From: Malacoraja senta
Taxonomy: Eukaryota
DNA: 64,000 bases
Reading direction: 5' to 3'
Assembly (NCBI GenBank): GCA_038087875.1
Contig: CM075988.1
Span: 11,162,001 to 11,226,000 of the forward strand
Shown here: piece after piece, positions 1 to 13,560 of the stretch
Layout of the letters: every line of letters starts with the position of its first letter
Position numbering within the stretch: the stretch's first letter is position 1
Notes under the pieces: generated by a model
What the model was told of the DNA's origin: nothing
Database searches by the model: none
Seen by the model: only the letters and a program-made list of their open reading frames with translations
Translations under genes and position numbers: made by a program

Positions 1-185
1 ATAATCTTTACCAAAGCCAATTAACTGACAAACATGTAAGTCTTTCAAATGTGGGAGGAAACCGGAGCACCGGGGAAAACACGCGGTTACATCATGCACA
101 TACAAACTCCGTACAGACAGCACCCATAGACAGGATCTAACCCAGTCTCTGGCACTGTAAGGCAGCTACTCTACTGCTGCACCTC
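1..185 (-). mobile_element. HE1-type tRNA-derived SINE, 5' part (cut by window edge)
   Basis: Reverse complement matches the head and core of the SINE copy at 53660-53950. Confidence 0.8.
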
Positions 186-559
186 ACATTGTGATTTAAG
201 ATAGCTATAAATTGGATTTATTGATAATTGTTAAGAGCAAATGTAAATAAAAGATTTTAAGTTGTGCACTTGATTTGCTTATTTTCTCTTCAAACAGTGA
301 TGATTACAAAATCAGGTAACTTGTATGGAGAGAGGAAGAGTTAAGGTTTCAGGACAATGACTTTTCAAGAAAGTGAGGTACAGGATGGTGGCTGAGTTAA
401 CTAAACCAATGAGTCATTCACATATCTAGCAATGGGAAAGATGAAGTAGCTTTTTCCCACTTGCATCAATTATATCTTTGACATCCTGTACCAATTTTGG
501 TTTCCATACCTCTGCTTTTGATTTTGAACAAGTGAATGCAGTTAAAAGAAGAAGTGTTC

Positions 560-1570
560 ATTGTGGAAAGGAGGGGAACAGTTGGAGCATAAATTCAAGG
601 AAGAAGTAAAAGGACCCTCAGACCATCTTTGTGTGGGATGGTGTAGAGAGATTGTATGGCTATTATGAAGATGAGATGTCATGTATGTAAGTGAGAAAAA
701 GGTGGACAAAAAGGAAAACATATATAGAATTAAGGCAGTAGGAAATAGGTTATTTGGGACAAGAATATGAAAGGCTTGCTGTGCTTTCATAGGTTGGAGC
801 ATTAAACATAAGTCAGGAAGTCATGATGCAGCTTGAAAGGACTTTGGTTAGGTTACATTTGGAGTATTGTGTGCAGTTACATAGATACATAGAAATTAGG
901 TGCAGGAGTAGGCCATTCGGCCCTTCGAGCCTGCACCGCCATTCAATACGATCATGGCTGATCATCCAACTCAGTATCCCGTACCTGCCTTCTCTCCATA
1001 CCCCCTGATCCCTTTAGCCACAAGGGCCACATCTAATTCCCTCTTAAATATAGCTCATCCCATTACTAGAAGGATGTGGAGACTTTGGAAAGGGTGCAGA
1101 AGAGGTTTACCAGACGATGGCTGGATTAGCAGGTATTAGCTACAGGAGGAGGTTGGTCAGACTTGGATTGTATTCTCTGGAATGCTAAGGGTTAAGGGAG
1201 GACCTGATAGAAGTGTATATAATGATGAGAGGCATACATAGAGTAGATGGTTAGAATCTTTTTCCCAGGATCCAAAAATCAAATACAAGAAGGCAAAGCT
1301 TTCAGGTGAGAGGGGCAACATTTAAAGGAGGTGTGTGGGGCAAGATATTTACACGGATGGTAGTGAGTGTGTGGAATGCATTGCCAGGGGAGGTAGTTGA
1401 AGCAGATATGTTAGTGGCATTTAAAATATTTTAGATAGACAAGTGGATATGTTTGGAATGGGGGGATATGGATTATATGCAGGTAAATGTGATTGTCTTG
1501 GCATCATATTCAGTATGGACATTGTGGGCCGAAGGGCCTGTTCTTTGAGCTGCACTGTTCTATGTTCTTT
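560..1570 (+). mobile_element. Old CR1/HER1-type LINE 3' fragment, interrupted by a younger CR1 at 879-1054
   Basis: Degenerate translation RTLVRLHLEYCVQ, followed by a 3' tail gggccgaagggcctgttc...ctgttctatgttc. Confidence 0.75.
879..1054 (-). mobile_element. Young CR1 LINE extreme 3' end, antisense nested insertion
   Basis: Near-identical to the reverse complement of the 56040-56220 CR1 3' UTR, including the (tctatgt) microsatellite tail. Confidence 0.9.
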
Positions 1571-2654
1571 TAATAATCAGAAACAGGCTGTGCATGGATA
1601 GGGAACTACAAGGCTGGAGACTATGGGGAAATGGTCTCCAGTAGAAATAAGGCCAGTGACTCTCTGATGTTCACTCATGGGATTATGATCTAGTGGCATG
1701 CATGAAAATATGCCAGAGAGCCTTTGTGTAGTTGAGGTTTATGTGACTCCAGATTTCTTTCCCTATTCTGAAATGCAATTTGACTTTTTGAATAATCCAA
1801 GCATTTTCTGTTTTTATGCTGCATTTCCAGCTCTAATTTCTCTGTTTTTCATAGCCTTTTGTGCAGCAGAGTTTTAAATTGCTTCCCTCTTTTACTCTAC
1901 ACGTCTACTTCCTTTGATTGTGTCATAGAAGCAAGAAATCTCAAACGTAATAGAAAAAAAGCAACATGCAGTAATAATAAACCATAATTTTGGAGATTCT
2001 GGGAGTTTGAATAGCTGGGACAGGTGCAAAGGAATGACCAGTTCCCCTCCGCACCCAGACCTGTGCTCATGACACTTTGAACAAGTAGTTGACAAAGGTA
2101 TGAGAGAAGTGAAGGGTTATTTGTGAGGCACTGAATGATACCATGGGCGAAGTGTATCAAAAGATAGAAGTTGTTGTTGCTGCTCCAACAAATTATTTGA
2201 TCAGGATTTTGTTTTATTTGTTCGACGCAAGAGATTGTAGATGCTGGAATCTGGAATAAAAACATCTAAATAGATGGAGAAGCTCAGCAGGTTGAGCAGC
2301 ATCAACGGAGGGGGGATGAAATGTTAACATACTTGATTGAGACCTTCATCATTTGTTAGCTAGCTAAGTATGAAGAAATGCAGCAGAAAATGTTACATAT
2401 TTTTATTGTACATTTGCAAGTAGACTATTGGAAGTAATGCTGTAATCAAGTCGATTTTGATGTGTACACAAGTATGGTGGGGTGCAGGAATAAAATCTTG
2501 CTTGTAACAACATCACAGGGCACATGGACTCAGGCACTCACAAAACTATACATAAATGATACATTATATTTCTTAAAGAAAGAAGATTGTGCAAAAAACA
2601 TAATTAGAGAAACATCACAGTAGTGCAGTGTAGTTTCATTGGCGAGGTAGGATC

Positions 2655-3700
2655 TTATGGAATCATATCGAAACATATAACATTCTTAAGGGATTGGACA
2701 GGCTAAATGCAGAAATAATGTTCCCCATGTTGAGGGAGTCCAGAACCAGGGGTCACAGTTTAAGAATAAGGGGTAGGCCATTTAGAAACATAGAAACATA
2801 GAAATTAGGTGCAGGAGTAGGCCATTCGGCCCTTCGAGCCTGCACCACCATTCAATATGATCATGGCTGATCATCCAACTCAGTATCCCGTACCTGCCTT
2901 CTCTCCATACCCCCTGATCCCTTTAGCCACAAGGGCCACATCTAACTCCCTCTTAAATATAGCCAACGAACTGGCCTCGACTACCCTCTGTGGCAGAGAG
3001 TTCCAGAGATTCACCACTCTCTGTGTGAAAAAAGTTCTTCTCATCTCGGTTTTAAAGGATTTCCCCCTTATCCTTAAGCTGTGACCCCTTGTCCTGGACT
3101 TCCCCAACATCGGGAGCAATCTTCCTGCATCTAGCCTGTCCAACCCCTTAAGAATTTTGTAAGTTTCTATAAGATCCCCTCTCAATCTCCTAAATTCTAG
3201 AGAGTATAAACCAAGTCTATCCAGTCTTTCTTCATAAGACAGTCCTGACATCCCAGGAATCAGTCTGGTGAACCTTCTCTGCACTCCCTCTATGGCAATA
3301 ATGTCCTTCCTCAGATTTGGAGACCAAAACTGTACGCAATACTCCAGGTGTGGTCTCACCAAGACCCTGTACAACTGCAGTAGAACCTCCCTGCTCCTAT
3401 ACTCAAATACTTTTGCTATGAAAGCTAACATTTAGGACTGAGATGAGGAAAATCTTTTTCACCCAGAGAATTGTGAATCTGTGGAATTCTCTGCCACAGA
3501 ATGCAGTGGAGGCCAATTCACTGGATGTTTTCAAGAGAGAGTTAGATATTGCTCTTCGAGCTCACGGAATCAAGGGATATGGGGGAAAAGAGGAAACGGG
3601 GTACTGATTTTGGATGATCAGCCATGAACATATTGAATGGTGGTGCAGGCTCGAAGGGCCGAATGGCCTACTCCTGCACCTATGTTTCCATGTTTCTAGG
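2655..3700 (+). mobile_element. CR1 LINE 3' fragment (second subfamily) split by an antisense CR1
   Basis: 2655-2785 and 3429-3700 join into a continuous CR1 ORF2 C-terminus and 3' UTR similar to 21270-21775. Confidence 0.85.
2786..3431 (-). mobile_element. Young 5'-truncated CR1 LINE (ORF2 C-terminus, ORF 2880-3431)
   Basis: ORF contains LVRPHLEYCVQFWSP and VVNLWNSLP; (gaaacata)n tail; catttag duplicated at 2779-2785 and 3429-3435. Confidence 0.95.
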
Positions 3701-5874
3701 ATAGGGTTGTGCTGGTTGGTTCAATAACCTCTTACTTGGAGGAAAATAGCCATCCTTTTTCTCGTGAGATACTGCCTGACCTGCTGACCAGCACCTTGTG
3801 TCTATCCTTGGAGAACATATCTCTGATTCCATACAAAAGTGATTTCTGCCGATACTTTCATCTTCTAGTCATGAAATCTGGACCATGACTGGAAAGTTTG
3901 AAGGAGTTTTGGTAGAGGAAAGACCGCACGGAGTATGTTGAGGCAAAGCTGGACTTGAGGAAGATGGGCTATTTTTTATGTCTGGAGTCAAATGCAACAT
4001 CACAGACAATTGTGCAAATCACAGAGCTATGGCACAGCTCTAGTTAATTGCATCTTTTACAAGGTCCTTGTAATCCTTTGGCATTTCCATAAGAAATGGA
4101 AAGGGAGGCCGTGACTGATAGTGAGTGATTGAGTGTCTTCTGGGACTTCAAGTAGTCTTCATTGCTTTCTCCAGTTGCCATTATTTAGCCATTGTGTGAC
4201 TAGTATCAATCACCCAGAAACATTCATGAAAGAACCGTGCAGCATTAATGTATTTTTCATCACCTCTGAATAAAGTTTCACTCAATTACAGATATTGGTG
4301 AATTGAATTGCCAGAAACATAAATCTTACAAAACCTTGATTCATAATCCTGGATCTTTGCAAAAAATAAAAGAAATGACTTATTTGTACTTGCTGATATT
4401 GTGTTGGAAGGGTAAGTAAATTGGGTTAAAATTATGGTTTACTGTTAGCAGCAAAGAAATAAACACAGTATAAGTTGTTAAGAAATATTTAATGCTTCAA
4501 TGAATAACTTGTCAAGAACAGACAAAGTATGTGGGAGGATTTTTGGATGAAGAATGGGTTTAATCGGTGACAAAATCTGCCCTGAGAGTAGACGCCAAGA
4601 TTGCAATTCAGTTGGTATTTCAGATGATGCCACAAACATTGAGCTCTGCACAAGATTTATGAATGCAGATAGAGCCTTGAGTCTAGATTAAATGGTAACC
4701 TTAAACTTACTCTGGGCTCTTTGCTGAGCACACTGAAGCCACACTGAAGCCAGTAACATGTGGCTCAATTATGACATTTGCTTTGAAGTTGTATTCCGCC
4801 TTTGGTTGTCCATTGGTTGTCCGCCCACTTTACTCGTCTTTAATTCACTGACAAATATTCTCAAAATTCTGAATGTTTCCTTCTCAGCAGGAGGTTCTCC
4901 CTTTCATTTTTTTAAACTTTTGTTTTTGCAAAACTTTCCTTTGACTTTCTTGCATGGTATGTGCTTATAAAAAGTAGAACGTTGGCAACACATGAAAGAA
5001 ATAGAATTATGCAAAAAGAAATTCATGATTTTTACCGTGGTTTTAAAATCCCTATCTGTTACAGTGGAATCTTGTGTTTGGCTTTGTGGGAATATTTTCA
5101 GTGCTTTGTGTACATCCTCCTGTCTGCACCACAGTAAGCCAAATGAAAGCCTCCGAGCTCAAAAGCAATGAGAAAATAACTTTAGATCTGCCTGTAATCT
5201 AATTAGCCACTTCATGCTGTTAAGTATCGCCCCAAAGGATATTTTCTGAGCTGTACCACAAACCAGTTTTTATGCTGAACCAATTTATAAGAACTATGAG
5301 CAGAGTTTTCATTTGACAATCTTTGCTTGTTGACCACAAGCTGTGAAAATGCACAGCTGCGAATTGTAGGCTGTTGGTCTGCACTCTAATATCAAGTGCA
5401 ATAAAATCTTTGCTTTCACTCTTGCATAATAATGCAGTCTTTAATGAGTCTTTCTGCTCTGCCTCCAGTTATGAAAGTCCCTCACTTTGATATTCCTCAT
5501 CAAGTACATCTCTACTACCTGACTCTCATTTAGAGTCTCCCCATGATGGAGTAGGAGTACAAAGTTCCTCATCTCTTTCTGCATACAGTAACTCCTTTCT
5601 GCATGAAGTGGTGAAGATAAATTAGATCTGTTTCTATTAGTGCTTCAACAAGAACACTTTCACAGTGAATTCATATCCAATTAAAGGGGCATCCATAATT
5701 TGCATGATATTCCTTATGTATTATATACACTGAACATTAACCCCACTTCAGTCTTTTTCCTTTGACTCGTGTGAAAATTATAATGGAACTCCAATTGTGG
5801 TCTTCACTGTAAATGATCTCGCATTTTTAAAATAAACCTTTGTTCATTTTAAAATGAATTTGTTCTCAGAAAAT

Positions 5875-6530
5875 GGTGAAATTTGACAATGCCAGTGTTT
5901 ATTGCTCATTGTTGTTTCCTTCAACAAGGTTGTAAAAGTTGCGCTTGCTGAGTTACTGCTGCCCTTGTGGTGATAATTCTTGCATTATGATTTTAACTGT
6001 TGAATTCTAGGATCATAAGCCAGCAACAGTGAACGAATGGGGCACCATGTCCAAGGCAGATTGGTGTATGAATTGAAGATGACCTTATTCCCATTATGTA
6101 TAGAGAAGGAGGAAGCACTTTCAGTATAAACTTGGTAGGTTGCAACAGGATGTGTTTTGCTACGACATAGCAGGGATGGTTTGATGTAAAATATTGACTC
6201 ACTCACCAACTACAAATTGAGCAATTTATTTTATAATTGCAGGTGGTTTTAATGAATACCTCGCTGCTCATTGTGAATAACTGTTATTACATTGCATTTC
6301 TGATGAGCTGCAGTACAGAAGGATCATCAAAGAGATCCCAGCATCAAAAAATAAATGGGTCATGCATATGTAAAGATTCACCATTGTGTGGATGGCTGAC
6401 TTTAAGGACATTTGTGATGTCATTGTGATGCCACGCTGATCATTGTTCCCCCTTTCACACTGGTTCAGTGTAATTCCACTTTCACATCCACTCCTTAGGC
6501 ACTGAGTGCAATCTTCTCTTTTCGAATAAC
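5875..6530 (-). mobile_element. Ancient degenerate LINE 3' region (CR1-group)
   Basis: Patchy similarity by eye to an old chondrichthyan LINE; related pieces at 13215-13560 and 53010-53290. Confidence 0.4.
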
Positions 6531-6622
6531 ATGAGAAACCTTTAACCACCTAACAAATTGTTTTTATTTTGTCAGAGTATAGAACAAAGCCTTTAAAAGT
6601 AGTTTTCCATTGGACTGAAATT

Positions 6623-8107
6623 TCTTAAAGAAACCTGGTCTTGATCCCTCCTCTCTCATTAACTACCGCCCCATCTCAAACCTCCCCTTTCTTTCAAAAA
6701 CCCTGGAGCGCATCGTCGCGTCACAACTTCATTCCCACCTCCTCGCGTATAACCTATTCGAACCCCTCCAATCTGGCTTTCGCCCCCTCCATAGCACAGA
6801 AACTGCTCTCCTCAAAGTCCTCAATGACCTCCTTACCTCTGCTGACTCTGGCTCCCTCAATATCCTCATCCTCCTCGACCTGAGTGCAGCCTTCGATACC
6901 GTCAACCACAACATCCTGCTCAGCAAACTTAGGGACCTTGGCATTGAAGGTTCTGCACTCAGCTGGTTCCGTTCTTACCTTTCCAACCGATCCCACTTCA
7001 TCTCTCTCCATAACCACACCTCTGCCACAGCCACTATCACTCAAGGCGTTCCCCAAGGCTCCGTTCTTGGTCCCCTCCTCTTCATCATCTACATCCTCCC
7101 CCTTGGTCATATACTCCGTCACTTCAACCTGGACTTCCACTGCTATGCTGATGACACCCAGATCTATCTCAGCACCAAGTCCCCCCACCACCCCCCTCTC
7201 TCCCATATCAGCCTATCAGCCATCAAATCTTGGATGCAACTCAACTTCCTTAAATTAAACAGTAGCAAAACAGAATTTCTCCTCATTGGCTCCAAATCAA
7301 CACTCACTAAAATTAACAACCCCACTCTCACTATCGACGGCACCACTGTCTCCCCATCTCCTCAGGCACGCAACCTTGGCGTGATCCTTGACTCAACCCT
7401 CTCCCTTGAGCCTCACATCCGCCATGTTGTCAAAACATCATTTTTTCACCTCCGCAACATTGCAAAAATCAGATCGTCTCTCACACCCCCCGCTGCTGAA
7501 AGACTCATCCATGCCTTCATCTCCTCCCGACTGGACTACTGTAACTCTCTTCTTTTCGGAATCAATTCCAGCAGCATCAAACGACTCCAACTGGTCCAAA
7601 ATGCAGCCGCTCGACTCATTACCCACACCAAATCCTGGCACCACATCACCGCAGTTCTCAAACAACTTCACTGGCTTCCCATTTCCCACCGGATCACCTA
7701 CAAAATCCTGGTCCTCACCTACAAAGCCCTCAACAACCTGGCCCCCCCTTATCTCATTGACCTCCTCTCCCCCTACCAACCCTCACGGTCCCTCAGATCC
7801 ACATCAGCTGGTCTCCTCTCCACTCCGAAATCAAACCTCTGCACTTTTGGAGGCAGAGCCTTCTCCAGGGCAGTTCCCAGGCTCTGGAATTCCCTCCCAC
7901 AACCGGTCCGAAATTCTGAGACCCTCACCATCTTCCAGTCCCGCCTCAAGACCCATCTCTTCACCTCTGCATACCCTTAGTCCCATGTTCCCCTCCCCTC
8001 TGTCTTACTGCTCTATTTTGTTTTGTTTATTCCTGACTCTCAATTGTAAAGCGACTTTGAGTCCCGAAAAGCGCTATATAAATAAAATCTATTATTATTA
8101 TTATTAA
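6623..8107 (+). mobile_element. Young 5'-truncated L2 LINE with (ATT)n tail and 40-bp flanking duplication
   Basis: RT-encoding frame; L2-type tail taaagcgactttgagtcccgaaaagcgctatataaataaa(att)n; direct repeat at 6583-6622 and 8108-8147. Confidence 0.95.
6625..7980 (+). pseudogene. L2 ORF2 reverse transcriptase plus C-terminal domain; stop-free frame lacking the N-terminus
   Basis: Hand translation gives NYRPISNLPFLSK, QSGFRPLHSTETAL, LLDLSAAFDTV, GVPQGSVLGP and CYADDTQIY (7141), in frame with the listed ORF 7234-7980. Confidence 0.92.
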
Positions 8108-8244
8108 AACAAAGCCTTTAAAAGTAGTTTTCCATTGGACTGAAATTAAACTGGACTATTTAAAGCTGCTTATTATTGAAGTTGAAGGGCACATGAGGTG
8201 TTTTGGATGTAGTTTGTTTAAGGCCTTGAGACCTTCCTGGTATA

Positions 8245-8513
8245 TTTTAGTTTATTGTCATGTGTACTGAGGTACAGTGAAAAGCTTTTGTTGCATGCTA
8301 ACCAGTCAGCAGAAAGACAATACATGATTAGAATCAAGCCATTAACAGTGTATAGATACATGATTGAGGAATAAAGTTTAATACAAGGTAAAGCCAGTAA
8401 AGTCCGATCTAAGATAGTCCGAGGGTCACCAATGAGGTTTGATAGTAGTTCATGGCTGGACTCTCATAGGATGATTCAGTTGCCTGGTAACAGCTGGGAA
8501 GAAACTGTTCCTT
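8245..8513 (-). mobile_element. Rex1/Babar-type LINE 3' end
   Basis: Minus strand reads RNSFFPAVTRQLN (ORF end) and finishes in a tgacaataaa tail. Confidence 0.7.
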
Positions 8514-9019
8514 GCAATGGATCAATAGGATGAAAAGCCTCAACCCAACATGTCTCTAATCCATGTTCTCCTGAAAAGTTATGACTCTAGCACTCTGTTT
8601 CTTCCAAGATATTTTGTGATCTGTAATGAAGGCGATATAGAAATAGAAATTAACTTCAACATGGGAGTGAAAGACATTATATTTTGCTGTTTGAGGAGAA
8701 CATATAGCATTTTGAAACCTTGAAGCAAATAGTTTAAGAGTTCAAATTAACAAATCATTACAATATAATGCAGGAACTGCTTGATATATGGATCATACTG
8801 TGGAGGAGGTGGTGGAAACAGATGTGATTACTATGTTTAAGAGGAGTTAAGACAGACACTTAAAAAAGGCAAGACTAAAAAGGGTATGGTCCTGATGCAG
8901 GCAAATGGGATTAGTGTCAGTGGACAATAATATCAGAATGGAGGTTGCGATTTGCTGGGACATTTCCGTTCTTCATGTCCCTATGACTCTGATACAAACA
9001 AAGCAACACAACACAAAGA

Positions 9020-9585
9020 GAATGCAGACTTTTATTTCTAGAGGGACAGAATGAACAAACATAATTGTTATGTTGGATTTGGTCATCAAACTGTCTTGAG
9101 TTCATGCATGCTACAGCAGAGCACATCACCAAATGATAGAAGCAGTAGAATAGATGTGAGGCTGTGCCAGAACTGTGTTGTTATTTCTTTCTGGAAAGAA
9201 TGAACAGACTGATTCTCTTTTCCCCAGAAAAGAGAAGGCTGATGTGTCATGTGCATGCGTAATGTGTTGTTAATACTGTAGTATAAAGAGGCTTAAGAGG
9301 GTAGAGACAATGGGAAGGTTTATATTTTCAGGAGATTTAAAAACCGAGGAAGCAATAATAAGACAGTTATAAAATTCAGGAGGAATATTTTGCCTGGAGA
9401 ATGGTTAGAATATGGAGTTGGCTGCCTTCTGGAATTGTTCTGTCAAATTGCTTCAATCCATTCAGCTAAATAAATCGGAAAGAAATAGATTGCATAATCT
9501 GCTGCTGAGGTTTGCTGAATAAAGTTGGATGAGGCTCTGTGGGTCATAAACATTGGCAAACAACAGCTGGCTTGTTTATTTGCTG
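9020..9585 (+). mobile_element. Highly decayed CR1 3' fragment
   Basis: Residual colinear similarity to the CR1 ORF2 C-terminus. Confidence 0.45.
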
Positions 9586-10067
9586 AAAATGATAGTTGGC
9601 ATTATCGTCAGTCTCACAAACTTAAATAAGCTTTTGACAGGAAAATCCTAACAGGCACATGCTTTTTTATCTTATCATTTTCAATGTCTCTGAAAATAAA
9701 TGTATTTTTCTATCTTATGCTGTAAAAAGGAATATATTTCTTGTCGTTTTGCATTACCGTTTACAAGTGTTGCAGTCATATATATTTGCACTGCTCGACT
9801 GCACAATTGTTTAGAATTGATCACAGTGCCACAGTCCTTTATTTATACAGCATGAAGTTGCACAAGGGTTTTTTAAATGTAGTTTGAAATCATCCAAGGA
9901 TATCGGGATGGTATTGAATTACATACCATAATCAGATTAATTCTTAGAAATGTTCTTCCTACCAATGCAACCAGCTGCAAAAAATGTCAAATCTCCAAAC
10001 AAGAAAATGGTGAGCTTCTAAAATGTTCTTAATCTGAATGAATGCAATAATCAAACTCCCCAGAATT

Positions 10068-10160
10068 GTGGACACAAAACGCTGGAGTAACTCAGCGGGA
10101 CAGGCAGCATCTCTGGATAGAGGGAGCGGGTGACGTTTTGGATTGAGACCCTTCTTCAAC
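10068..10160 (-). mobile_element. Penelope-derived short terminal-repeat unit
   Basis: Matches the ctgaagaagggtctcgacccgaaacgtc...gagttactccagc unit found beside the GIY-YIG ORF at 38928-39443. Confidence 0.75.
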
Positions 10161-11389
10161 TACCATTCCTTGAATGGTAGCCCGACAGACAATAGACCAA
10201 ATGTTCTTTTTTCTTAATAATCAAATTAGATACACCCAAATTACTCATCCCAACTCAGCAGCAGCACCAAAATCTATGCCTTAATTTGCTTATTTCTAAG
10301 GCATGGTAACTGCACTTCAAAATGCAATCCACCCCAAATTCAAGAAGGCGTTTTTTTTTAATGTCTCATTAATACAAAGTGACTTTGAAGAAATAAGAAA
10401 GTATTTCCCAAAATACACTGGCCTCCGTTCTCAAGATTAATATTCTACATATTGCATAATAAAGTTTGGAAAGACATAAAGAAGATTCATACTCAGTTAA
10501 TCGCCACACCAGTAATTAAGCTTTTAAAACTTTTAAGTATCCTATTCACCTTAATTTGAAATGCATTTTATGGGAAAAGCCATTGAACTACTTGTATGTG
10601 ACTGGAGGTTATAGAATTTAAGATAGATTTGTCACAGAAATTACTTGGTTTCTCAGTTGCCCTTCACACTTACTTGTTGAACAGTCAGAACAGGTCAGTA
10701 CTGAAGTACGTTATGTTGTAATTGAAAAGTGGATGAGCCTCACGGAAACCCATTTATAAAATTACATTACAGTTTTAAAATTGGCTCATTCCCGTTTGAT
10801 TAATGAACTTGTTCAAATTGATGAGGGTAGATTCAATTTCTCTTAAAAAATCCCTTTGAATTTTCTAGTCCCCAAAAAAAGAATTTCAGCAAGATTCACT
10901 CTCCAATGTTATAGACATTTTCTCAACACAAATTGGGTACTTTATAAAAGCACTGAGATGCATACGTAATGCTCCCTAAATGTCCTATTTGCCAGTACTG
11001 ATTGCAGTTATCTCCAAATAGTAAGTGCTGGCTACAACTCTTCCTTGATGGGATGTTGGTGACAGAAAAATTAGTTGTCGTGTTCGTTTTGGTTTTGTTG
11101 GTAGTTCCAACATGTTATTTTAACATTAAAGAATCCCATTGTGAACCCAATCATCAAAAGATCACCAAATTTAAGCACAATTTGCATTGAAATTCAACCA
11201 AATAATATTACTGGTCACTTCTTAATCCATGCCTGAAATATGGTGACTTCCATTTTCACAACATTGATTGGTCAAACATTCTTGCATTTACATGATACCT
11301 GTGAAATCAGGGTAAGTATATTGCATCTGCAACTGATCACATTTTCCCATGGGTCATGTCACCAGACAGCAATATTGATAAGTAATACA

Positions 11390-11843
11390 AGTTGCCAGGA
11401 TACAAGAACGTGAGCTTTTGGGAGAGGGTGAGCAGACTGGGACGCTATTCCTTGGAACGCAGGAGGATGAGGGGTGATCTTATAGAGAGGTTTACAAAAT
11501 CATGAGAGGAATACATCGGGTAGAAGCACTGACTCTCTTGCCCAGACTTGGGGAATTGAGAACTGGAGGACATAGATTTAAGGTGAGGGGGGAAAGATTA
11601 AATGAGGACCTGTCGGGTAACTTTTTCACATAAAGGTTGGTGGGTGTTTGGAATAAGCTGGTGGTGGAGATAGTTGAGGCATGTGTTATTGCAATATTTT
11701 AAAACATTTTGACAGGTACATGGATACAACAGGTTTAGAGGGATATGCAGGCAGGCGGGACTAGTGTAGTTGGGACATGTTGACTGGCATAGGCAAGTTG
11801 GACCAAAGGGCCTGTTTCCACACTTTAAGACTCTATGACTATG
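11390..11843 (+). mobile_element. HER1/CR1-type LINE 3' fragment
   Basis: Decayed RRMRGDL-like coding, with a tail gggcctgtttcca...ctctatgactatga shared with the SINE tails. Confidence 0.8.
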
Positions 11844-11899
11844 AATTTCAGCTATAGCATATCCCACTGCAACCAAGTAGGATATCTACTTGATAGATA

Positions 11900-12035
11900 C
11901 CCTACTTAGTAGTCACAGTTGGGTATTGCTGGGTGTGGGTCCGTTTCTTACATTGCAGTAGTTTTAACAGTTGCTACGTTGGCTGCAGTATCTTAGATTG
12001 TGGGAGGTGCTGTAGAGCTCCTACTTTGTCTTTTT
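11900..12035 (+). mobile_element. Possible ancient Deu-domain SINE 3' part
   Basis: cgtttcttacattgcag...ttggctgcag...ggtgctgtaga resembles a SacSINE1/AmnSINE-like 3' region; highly diverged. Confidence 0.3.
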
Positions 12036-13214
12036 GTATTGTGAGAGGCATTAATTACACTGGTCAAAAGTGGGAAGAGGATTCCTGAAGAGGACTGCCA
12101 AGAAAGGTTGGCACCACACTGAAGTTGTATTCGGAATGCAGTTAATCAGCATGTGCCTGTCCCTGCCTGTGTTATACCATTCAATTCCATCCATTTTTAT
12201 ATTAATGTGCCCTTTAGCGATACACCAGAGGTGGCGCAAGATGAGAAAAACTTGAATGTGATATATAGTGTCATTAAAAATAGTTCCATGATGTAAGGCA
12301 TTGAATTCCAAACCAGTTGCATGGAGTTTAGCAACCTGATATAATTTATTCTATTAAAGAGATGGCATTCCTAGCTGCCATCATTTCTACTGATAGATTA
12401 GGATATCAGAAATGGAATGAAGGCAGCAAATATGATTTTCAGTCAAGGCTGTGTGCACTTCTACTGCCGAGTAATGGGAGTCTAAGATTGTGATGAAATT
12501 GCTTTCAGACAGGTGGGCTAATTTTAACATGCTCCGTATTAAACTATAGTTTTCAGTGAGAATAGAAATGGATGGTTTTCATCCCCTTCCACTTCATCAT
12601 ATAAATGAGTTCTGTATTTGACACAGTCTTTGTCACTTGATATAAAATGAAATTGTAGTCTCTATAAAACAAATACGATGTGCCTCAAAGCTGCACGAGA
12701 TGTGTTTGAGCTAATGGTTTCTGCAGTAAATCCCTGGAGAATACGACACACAGAGAGACAGGAAACGACTTGTGGAAGTCTACTGTACTGTGGCATCTTC
12801 AAAGTTGTTCAAATGTTGTGCGAAGAGGGAGGTTAGATCAGATAGTTCAGGAATACAGCTCGGTCTGATGTCACATCAAAAGGGTGTGAAGATGGTTAGC
12901 AGTGTGGCTCTGGCCATGAATAACCAGATTGAAATAACATTTAGGACTTGTGGTGGAACCAACTTCAATGTCTGCACCAAGCTAAATATGAGGTTATTTG
13001 TTATTCATGTCACTGAGCAGGTCATTGTTTATTATTGATCTCTCATTACCTCTCAAAAGGTAATGGTGAAACTAATTCTTGTGGAGAATTTGTTTTTGAT
13101 TCTCACAAACCAGTTTTCCAAGGGATCCTGCTTGTTATTCAGTCAAAGGCTGCCTTAATGCCAAGAACAATCACTCATTGTATATCTATGGAATTTAGCT
13201 CTTTTTTCCCCACT

Positions 13215-13560
13215 TTTTGACCAAGGTTGCAGTAAGGACTGGAGTAAAGCAGTACTGGTAAAAACACCCAAGCACCAATAAGCAAGGTATTAGTGAGTAA
13301 AGCGTGTTCGATTGCACTGTCAACAAGCCTATCCATTATATATTTGATGACTGAGAGCAGGCTGATGGAAACTAATAGGCTGAATTGGATTTATGCTGCT
13401 TGTTATGGACAGGATGTTTGAGGGCAATTTTCTGCATCGTCAACTAGATGCCAACATTATGGTTGAACTGGAAAAGCTTAGCTGGAGACGTGTTTAATTC
13501 TGAAGGACATATTTGGCACTGCAATTGAGATATTTTTGCAACACATAACCATGCTGCAGC
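13215..13560 (-). mobile_element. Ancient LINE RT fragment
   Basis: Minus strand retains a decayed remnant of the NYRPISLLS region (catcagcctgctctcagtcatc). Confidence 0.5.

Noticed and set aside
7388..8107. 239-aa Ser/Pro-rich ORF and the antisense ORFs over the L2 and CR1 copies
   Set aside because: They are shadow frames of retrotransposon coding sequence.
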